Source: Candidatus Heimdallarchaeota archaeon
Lineage (GTDB): Archaea > Asgardarchaeota > Heimdallarchaeia > Heimdallarchaeales > Heimdallarchaeaceae
Length of the DNA: 32,000 nt
Assembly: GCA_030668875.1 (NCBI GenBank)
Contig: DAOVER010000016.1
Span: forward strand, 1 to 32,000
Direction: 5' to 3'
The notes under the pieces were generated by a model. The model was not told the DNA's origin. It saw only the letters and a list, made by a program, of their open reading frames with translations, and made no database searches. The first letter of the stretch is position 1, and each line of letters opens with the position of its first letter. The position numbers and the translations under genes are program-made. This document shows positions 17,758-25,064 of the stretch, in pieces.

Positions 17758-19203
17758 ATATCCTCAAACGTGATGGTAATGATAAATGTAAAAAACAAAA
17801 TTAATGGTGCTTTTTTAAATATTGCAACTAGATTTGCAATAAGGAATCCAGAGAAAAATATTCCAAAGATGGTTAATGTCTTTGCACGATTTGCAGCAAA
17901 TTCTGATCAAAAGCAGGCGATCCAATCTATTCAAAATGAAGACAAACCAATGAATAAGTTTCTTATAGATTCCTTTAAAAATATAAATCCAAAGACTGTG
18001 AAACTATTTGTACGTAATCTAGGGGTAAACACATTTATGACTGGAGTAGAAACTTCCCGCAAAGTGATGAGAGAACACCAGTGCAATGTTCCTCTAGCTA
18101 TTCTGATGGATCCAACATCCTCCTGTAATCTGAACTGTACAGGGTGTTGGGCTGCAGATTATGAGAAAACAGATAATTTAAGTTTTGATTTAATGGATAG
18201 GATCATACAAGAAGGAAAAGAACTAGGGATTTATTGGTACCTATATTCAGGTGGAGAACCAACAATCAGAAAGAATGATTTATTAAAATTGGCGAAAAAA
18301 CATCAAGACTGCTTCTTCTTGGCATTTACAAATGCAACTCTGGTAGATGAAGAATTCGCTAAAGCTTTAGCTAATGTTGGAAATTTCACTTTAGCAATAA
18401 GTGTGGAGGGTTTTGAAGAAGAAACGGATTTTCGTCGAGGTAAGGGTACTTATCAAAAGGTAATAAACGCCATGACCCTGCTTAAGAAACATCAAGTCAT
18501 GTTTGGATTTTCTTCTTGTTACCATAATAAGAATGTGGACATTATGGGATCAGAGAAATTTATCGATTATATGATTGAGATGGGAGCAAGTTATGGATGG
18601 CTTTTTACATATATACCAATTGGAAAAGATGCTAAAACTGAACTAATGAGTACTCCAGAACAAAGAGAATTTATGTTTAATCAAGTTCGAAAATTCAGAG
18701 AAACAAAACCTGTTTTCTTAATTGATTTTTGGAATGATGGAGACTATGCGAGAGGGTGTATCGCTGGCGGAAGAAGTTATCTTCATATTAATGCAAATGG
18801 AGATGTTGAACCATGTGCCTTTATCCATTATTCAAATGTTAATATCAAAGATGTAAGCTTATTGGAATCTTTGAAATCGCCATTGTTCAAGCAGTTTAAC
18901 ATACATCAACCATTCAATAAAAACTATTTACGCGTATGTCCACTTCTTGATGTTCCTGATAAATTGAAAGAAATGGTGCATGAATCAAATGCTCGATCTA
19001 CACATATGATTGATGTAGAATCTGTTGATAATCTTACTGACAAATGTCAAAAAGCAGCTAAGAATTGGGCACCAGTAGCTAATAGAATTCGATGTGAATC
19101 TAACAAGTTATCAAATTTTGTAAATTCGAAACCACCTCGATACTGGGATAAAAATTGGGATGGTACTGAGGAAGTTTGGGAGGATTCCAATAAAGATCAT
19201 TAA
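17743..19203 (+). CDS. Radical SAM protein with C-terminal SPASM/twitch-like domain
   Basis: MDPTSSCNLNCTGCWA (CxxxCxxC), SGGEP, FTNATL, SVEG, then GCIAGGRSYLHINANGDVEPC...RVCP. Probable start is ATG 17779. Confidence 0.92.
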   Translation: MKHVFISSNVMVMINVKNKINGAFLNIATRFAIRNPEKNIPKMVNVFARFAANSDQKQAIQSIQNEDKPMNKFLIDSFKNINPKTVKLFVRNLGVNTFMTGVETSRKVMREHQCNVPLAILMDPTSSCNLNCTGCWAADYEKTDNLSFDLMDRIIQEGKELGIYWYLYSGGEPTIRKNDLLKLAKKHQDCFFLAFTNATLVDEEFAKALANVGNFTLAISVEGFEEETDFRRGKGTYQKVINAMTLLKKHQVMFGFSSCYHNKNVDIMGSEKFIDYMIEMGASYGWLFTYIPIGKDAKTELMSTPEQREFMFNQVRKFRETKPVFLIDFWNDGDYARGCIAGGRSYLHINANGDVEPCAFIHYSNVNIKDVSLLESLKSPLFKQFNIHQPFNKNYLRVCPLLDVPDKLKEMVHESNARSTHMIDVESVDNLTDKCQKAAKNWAPVANRIRCESNKLSNFVNSKPPRYWDKNWDGTEEVWEDSNKDH

Positions 19204-19218
19204 ATATGAGGAATACTA

Positions 19219-19305
19219 ATGTTAGACAGATTAAAAGCAAAAACAAAGCAAGTTATAGAATCTTTAAAATCAAGAATTAAGAGAGAGAAAAAAAGCAATC
19301 AGTAG
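19219..19305 (+). CDS. Unannotated 28-aa basic small ORF
   Basis: GAGG RBS, then ATG 19219: MLDRLKAKTKQVIESLKSRIKREKKSNQ*. It starts 15 nt after the radical SAM stop. Confidence 0.45.
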   Translation: MLDRLKAKTKQVIESLKSRIKREKKSNQ

Positions 19306-19373
19306 CAAAAGTTGGATATTAGTGAATTACTGATAGTTCTTTCATTTTTTTTTTATTAAATTAACATTAAGAA

Positions 19374-20426
19374 GTGGTCGTAATGGAACCTGAAACAGTT
19401 GGAAGAAATAAACCTATAGACAAGACAACAACTATCGTAAAAATATCGTTATTAGAGAAGATAATTCAAGAGTTTAGAGATGGGTATTTTCACATTTTTT
19501 TCGCTATTTCTTATCTACTTTTTGCTATTGTTTTACTAGTTATTAATGGGGACGGATTTTTGGGTTTTTCCTTATTATCAGGAATTGTTTTTATTTCAAT
19601 TGTGGTTCTTTCTGCTGTTATTTATTTGTTAAAACCCAATAACTCTAAATCCCCTATTACCTTATTAATTAATAGTCTTCCTTTTTTCATAATTTGGTGT
19701 ACCTATGAGTTAATGGCAAATGTAAAAGAGCACTTAATCTATCCACGCGTTTATACAGAAGTCTTCTATAACTTAGAGATGAAACTATTTGGGTGGATTT
19801 TTGGCGGGATGACTCCTAACCACTGTTTCCATATGACCTTCAATTCTGTTTATACAGATATTATATTTGGGGGCGTTTATTTGTTACATGCTTTGATTCC
19901 AATGGTTTTTGGGTTATACTTATATATAAGAAATGATCGGGAAAATCTCAAATTCCTTGCAATAACTTTCTACACTGCGACATTACTCTCTTTTATACTT
20001 TTTATGATTTTTCCTTCAGCAGCTCCTTGGTATATTGATCAATATGGTTTTACTCAACCTGATATTGCAGTAGATTATACACAAGATATAACAGCTGGTT
20101 TAGGAAGAATCGACGAGATTATAGGAGTGAATCTTTTTTCGTGGTATTATGGAACATTTGAACAAAACTCTTTTGCAGCATTCCCAAGTGTTCATGCTGT
20201 TTACGCATTATCAGCAACCCTTTGTATTCGTCAAAAATGGAAAAAATCACTATATTTAACGATTCCTTATTGTCTAGCCATATTTCTAGGAGCTATCTAT
20301 TTCAATCACCATTTTATTGTCGATATTTTATGTGGTATTATGATATCAACGCTTAGTCATATTGTAGCATTATGTTTAAAAAAGAACATTAGTATATTCC
20401 CTAAGCTGAAATTTCTCAAGTCATAG
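19374..20426 (+). CDS. PAP2-superfamily Aur1/inositolphosphoceramide-synthase-like membrane protein
   Basis: Multi-TM, with FPSAAPWY, FAAFPSVH and YFNHHFIVD motifs. Probable start is ATG 19383. Confidence 0.85.
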   Translation: MVVMEPETVGRNKPIDKTTTIVKISLLEKIIQEFRDGYFHIFFAISYLLFAIVLLVINGDGFLGFSLLSGIVFISIVVLSAVIYLLKPNNSKSPITLLINSLPFFIIWCTYELMANVKEHLIYPRVYTEVFYNLEMKLFGWIFGGMTPNHCFHMTFNSVYTDIIFGGVYLLHALIPMVFGLYLYIRNDRENLKFLAITFYTATLLSFILFMIFPSAAPWYIDQYGFTQPDIAVDYTQDITAGLGRIDEIIGVNLFSWYYGTFEQNSFAAFPSVHAVYALSATLCIRQKWKKSLYLTIPYCLAIFLGAIYFNHHFIVDILCGIMISTLSHIVALCLKKNISIFPKLKFLKS

Positions 20427-20596
20427 ATGCTAATATAAAATATGATTATCCTTCGATAAGATATAGCAAGACTCTCATTTGAACAATACACTTTGTTAAA
20501 TTTCTGATAAAATACATTGATTATATATCATTAAAATTTTTAGTTGACCAACCTTATTTAACCGAATCGTTTAAACTAAAAAATGGAAAAAAATAC

Positions 20597-20644
20597 TTAC
20601 ATATCTGTAAATATATTTCCAGAAATATGGAAATGTTTTTATAA
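20597..20644 (+). promoter_or_regulatory. Overlapping inverted repeats followed by a TATA box (probable leaderless promoter)
   Basis: TTAC-N6-GTAA (20597-20610), ATATTTC-CA-GAAATAT (20613-20628), TTTCCA-N6-TGGAAA (20616-20633), TTTATAA (20638-20644), ATG at 20666. Confidence 0.5.
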
Positions 20645-20665
20645 CTGCTAAAACTTTTCTACTCA

Positions 20666-21529
20666 ATGAAACCTTCTCTTAATTGGAAAGAATTAGAGAT
20701 ACTTAAGATTGTTAATTTGAAGAAGGAAAAGTATAAAACTGCAATAATTAAAGAATTACAGACTATTTTTCCTTTTTTAAAAGATAAACCCTCTAGTTCT
20801 TTCTATCTAATGTTCGACAGATTAAAAAAAGAAGGGCTGATATCAATTGATAAACATGAAGGTGCAGGTCATAAAGCTTTTGTGAATGTTACAGACGAAG
20901 GTCGCATGGTTATAACAGAATCAATGAAAACAGCTTTTGATTATTTTATTCCAACAATAGTTGACAGGTTCATTATTGAAATCGGGATGATTATTGAAGA
21001 AAACTTTAAGAATTTTGATAAGGGAAATCTAGCCATTGTAGCACCAGATATGATCTTATCTAATCCAAGCCTTCAACGACTATTCACCCAAAAGATTCTT
21101 GAGAGTGATATTAGACCATTTAACCTTCAGATGTCTTTTTCCAGTTATAGCAGCTTGGAGGGATATGAAACCATAAAAACTACATACGACGAAATACCTC
21201 TCAAAGATGATTTTTTCTCACTCATAATCTCTTTCTTTTCTCTTGGCTTTCATGAACCAAAATATTACCAAAAACTGCTCAGAGAATATCAACGAGTGCT
21301 TAAGAAGAAGGGTCGGATTATGTTAGTTGAAGCAAGATACTTTTATAGTATACTTGAACAAAGCATGATTTCATTTATTGGGGATTTGAACCCCATAAAA
21401 AAGGATTTGAACATAGATTCAAATCAATTTCGACGAGAGGATTTTCAAGAATTAATGCAAGATATATTTCCTAAATCGAGTTTTGTAGGCGATTTTGCTG
21501 AGATTCTTGTTTGCATAGGGGAAAAATGA
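20666..21529 (+). CDS. PadR-like winged HTH fused to a degenerate class I methyltransferase-like domain
   Basis: N-terminus ILKIV...SSSFYLMFDRLKKEGLI...VTDEG. C-terminus EIPLKDDFFSLIISFFSL...LREYQRVLKKKGRIMLVE. No GxGxG SAM-binding motif is visible. Confidence 0.7.
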   Translation: MKPSLNWKELEILKIVNLKKEKYKTAIIKELQTIFPFLKDKPSSSFYLMFDRLKKEGLISIDKHEGAGHKAFVNVTDEGRMVITESMKTAFDYFIPTIVDRFIIEIGMIIEENFKNFDKGNLAIVAPDMILSNPSLQRLFTQKILESDIRPFNLQMSFSSYSSLEGYETIKTTYDEIPLKDDFFSLIISFFSLGFHEPKYYQKLLREYQRVLKKKGRIMLVEARYFYSILEQSMISFIGDLNPIKKDLNIDSNQFRREDFQELMQDIFPKSSFVGDFAEILVCIGEK

Positions 21530-21538
21530 GGTGAAATT

Positions 21539-24500
21539 TTGAAAAATAACAACAACAAAAAGAATGGTAAATCTGTATTCGCAAAAATCGCGGAAATTAC
21601 AGAAAAATATCGATGGTTTATCCTAATTACTTGGATAGTACTTGCATCAGTAGCAGCACCTTGGGCTATAAATATAGGTGATAAACTTGAAACTGACGAA
21701 ACAGCGTTTCTTGGTGAAACACCAGCAGGTGTAGGATTGGATATCTTAGCGGATAAATTTCCTGAATTTAGCAGTAGCTTTGTAGCAGTGATTGATGGGT
21801 TAGAAGAATCAGACTTAACATCACAGAACTTTACGAATTTTGTGAAGAGTTTAGAAAGCACTTTTGAAGATGAATCAGCCTATCCTTATATTGATTCAAT
21901 TCTATCAATTTATTCGGTACTAGAGGATTTACAGACATTTTACAATGTTACTTTAGATGAGGTACAGACTTTTCTAAATGTTACATTTACTGAACAAATT
22001 CCTTTGATGTATGATTATATCAGCTTAGCAAATGAAACAACAAAAGGATTGATAGATTTATTAGAACAAGTTCCTCTTTACTACTTATTTGCTTGGTCTG
22101 ATTTCTCTAAATTCATTTATTATACAAATAATCAAACAAATGCATATTCAAACGGTTTTTTCAATTCAACTGAATATGTACTTATGAATAATTGGACTAT
22201 GTTTGATAATACTACTTTAGATATGTATCTTATGTCAACTCTTCCATTAGCTCCTGTTATTCCAGCGATGCTAGCAGATCCATATTTGGCAGATAACATG
22301 ACTTCAGTTTTAGCATTTCAAGTTGTGAATGCTTCAATGTCAGCAATGTATAATGAATCAGAATACGGAATTCCTTACTTAAACTCGCTAAGTTATAATT
22401 ATCTCTTGCTTTTGAATGCAACGTTTGATACTATCCGTTTATCAAGTTTCCTTCCACAAAATGCTTTCTTTGATGATTATTATGCAACTTCTGATCCGAT
22501 TTTGACTGATTTTCAACAAGGAATGCTTTCACAACTAAACGTGATAGGTAATCTTTCTACATTAAAACCAAGTATGAAGACTCAATCAGGACAGCTATTA
22601 GTTGATTTGCTACCTCCAGGTTCTGAAGAGCAATCACTTCTCCAAATGGCATATATGTTAAGAGAAGAAAATTATGAAACAAGCATTATTTATAAACAGA
22701 CATTAATCAGTTCAATAACTCAAGCTGTAAATGCTTCATTTTCAACGTTGCTAGAAAATTTCACAATAAGTGGTTTTGATTTTGATCCAGAGATGTTCTT
22801 CAAAGATTTTGATGTAGAAGGAATGGTAACTTCGCTTTATGAAACACCATTATTTATGCTAGATATTGTTACTACAATGATGATACAGCAATTTTCACTT
22901 CTCGTTAATCAGAAAATAGCTCAGATCATGCCTTATCCTACCATAGTAACTGATTTACCTGCAGATATTTACTACAGTTTAATAAGTTCAGATAATTCAA
23001 CTATGGTTATTGCTATATTTCTGTCAGACGTGGATGAATCAACAGATTTGGGAATCTACACACCAGATATTAGAGCAAAAATAGCTGAAATAAAAAGTGA
23101 TACAGATGTAACTATCGACATACATCTGACTGGGACGCTTGCATTATTGTATGATTTAGAATATGTAATGGCTTCTGATTTTGAAAATACTGATATAACG
23201 TCTATACTTTTCGTTTTAGGAGTGCTAGTTATTGTGTTCTTGTCACCATTTACACCTTTCGTTCCTTTAATAGCAATTGGTATGGGTTTAATGATTGTTA
23301 ATGCATTGTTCATGTTAATGTCGAACGTTATTATGATGTCTTCGTATACCGTAATCATTACGTCTATAGTAATGATGGGAGCAGGTGTAGATTATTGCAT
23401 TTTCATGATTTTTCGTTATAAAGAACAACGAAGAAAAGGTGATACAAAAGAAAAATCAATTGTAGAAACAACAAAGAAAATTGGCGAATCAGTAATTACA
23501 TCTGGTATAACAGTTATGATTGGTTTCGGAGCTTTATTATTCTCTAAGTTTTCCTTGCTGAGATTAATGGGATTAGGTCCACTATTGGGTATAGCTATTT
23601 CTTTACTTATAGCACTAACTTTGATTCCTGTTATTTTACATCTGCTTGGAGACAAGATTTATTGGCCAAGAATGGGGAGAAATGGTAAGAAAGAGAAGAA
23701 GGAGAAGAAGGAGAAAAAAGATGTTGATGAAAGTAAACCAGAAAAAAGCAATCCTTTGTTAGAGAAAGTGACACACTTTACTCTGAAGCATCCTCTAGTT
23801 GTTATTGGTCTTTTCTTACTCATTTCCAGTCCATTAGTGTATTTTGGTGTGACTGGTGAGCAGAGCTATGATATAACTTCAACACTTCCTAGTTCAATGG
23901 ATAGTATAGCTGGATCAAACATACTAGCAAATGAATTTGTTGTAAGTGAATTGCAACCAATTCAAGTACTCTTGATATGGAATGAATCCTTAACTCTTAA
24001 TGAATCAACAGGTCTTCCTGAAGAAGCAAAGTTAATTGCGCTAGAAAGCCTTATATCTCATATTGTAACGAACTATGACAATGTTTCTAACATTCATACA
24101 ATAACGCGTCCTAATGGTGAATATATCCCACCAGAGATGATAGATACTATCCACTTAGAACAAATGCAACGATACATTTCGGATGATAATACCACAATAA
24201 TGTTGATGATATATCTGGAACTTGACCCATTTGGAAAAGAAGCTTTAGATGTAGCACAAGACCTGATCACAAATCTAGGTACAGCAGTTTCAGAAGAACT
24301 GGCTTTTCAGGATACAGTAATTTTCATTACTGGGATGACCGCACTTTACTCAGAACTTAACAATATGATGGTTGTAGATACTCCAATAATAATAACATTT
24401 ACAGTTGTAGGTATTTTCCTCGTATTATTATTTCTACTCGGTTCAGTTTTCACACCTATTAGGTTAGAATTAACTATACTATTATCGGTTTTCATCAGTT

Positions 24501-24946
24501 TAGGTGCAACAAATTTGGTTTTCTATCATGGTTTAGGACAACCTATAGTCTGGTTTCTACCTGTATTGTTGTTTGTAACAATGTTTGGTCTTGGAATGGA
24601 TTTTGATATTCTTCTTGTTTCTCGAATCAAAGAAGAGATAGAGAAAGGAGCTACTGACAAGGAAGCAACATTCAAAGCTGTAAAAAGTACTTCAAAAATG
24701 ATTCTAAGCGCTGGATTTATTATGTCTGCATCATTCTTCTCATTGATGTTGTCACAGTTATGGCCGTTAAAAATCATAGGATTTGCTATAGGATTCGCAG
24801 TAATTTTGGATGCTACAGTTGTTCGACTGTTTCTTGTACCTGCTCTAATGATGGTGCTTAAGAAACTAAATTGGTGGCCATATTGGAGAATATCAAAGGA
24901 AACAGTTATGAAAAATTACGCAAAGAACAATAATAAAAAAGACTAA
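21539..24946 (+). CDS. MMPL/RND family transporter with a large extracellular insertion
   Basis: Two repeats with GAGVDYCIFMIFRYKE and GLGMDFDILLVSRIKEE, GESVITSGITV, and LDATVVRLFLVPALM. TTG start after AGGTGA. Confidence 0.92.
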   Translation: MKNNNNKKNGKSVFAKIAEITEKYRWFILITWIVLASVAAPWAINIGDKLETDETAFLGETPAGVGLDILADKFPEFSSSFVAVIDGLEESDLTSQNFTNFVKSLESTFEDESAYPYIDSILSIYSVLEDLQTFYNVTLDEVQTFLNVTFTEQIPLMYDYISLANETTKGLIDLLEQVPLYYLFAWSDFSKFIYYTNNQTNAYSNGFFNSTEYVLMNNWTMFDNTTLDMYLMSTLPLAPVIPAMLADPYLADNMTSVLAFQVVNASMSAMYNESEYGIPYLNSLSYNYLLLLNATFDTIRLSSFLPQNAFFDDYYATSDPILTDFQQGMLSQLNVIGNLSTLKPSMKTQSGQLLVDLLPPGSEEQSLLQMAYMLREENYETSIIYKQTLISSITQAVNASFSTLLENFTISGFDFDPEMFFKDFDVEGMVTSLYETPLFMLDIVTTMMIQQFSLLVNQKIAQIMPYPTIVTDLPADIYYSLISSDNSTMVIAIFLSDVDESTDLGIYTPDIRAKIAEIKSDTDVTIDIHLTGTLALLYDLEYVMASDFENTDITSILFVLGVLVIVFLSPFTPFVPLIAIGMGLMIVNALFMLMSNVIMMSSYTVIITSIVMMGAGVDYCIFMIFRYKEQRRKGDTKEKSIVETTKKIGESVITSGITVMIGFGALLFSKFSLLRLMGLGPLLGIAISLLIALTLIPVILHLLGDKIYWPRMGRNGKKEKKEKKEKKDVDESKPEKSNPLLEKVTHFTLKHPLVVIGLFLLISSPLVYFGVTGEQSYDITSTLPSSMDSIAGSNILANEFVVSELQPIQVLLIWNESLTLNESTGLPEEAKLIALESLISHIVTNYDNVSNIHTITRPNGEYIPPEMIDTIHLEQMQRYISDDNTTIMLMIYLELDPFGKEALDVAQDLITNLGTAVSEELAFQDTVIFITGMTALYSELNNMMVVDTPIIITFTVVGIFLVLLFLLGSVFTPIRLELTILLSVFISLGATNLVFYHGLGQPIVWFLPVLLFVTMFGLGMDFDILLVSRIKEEIEKGATDKEATFKAVKSTSKMILSAGFIMSASFFSLMLSQLWPLKIIGFAIGFAVILDATVVRLFLVPALMMVLKKLNWWPYWRISKETVMKNYAKNNNKKD

Positions 24947-25064
24947 CTTAACGTGTTAGTCTCGTTCCTTTTTTGTAATCAATTTTCTCTTTTGTTATTA
25001 TTCAGTTTCTTAGTATTCACAAAACTAGAAAGTAATAAAAACAGAAGAAGGTAACTCCTTCCTC

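Noticed and set aside
23687-23721. AAGAAGGAG-type short repeat (KKEKKEKKEKK) in MMPL
   Set aside because: Ordinary charged low-complexity cytoplasmic linker between the two MMPL halves.
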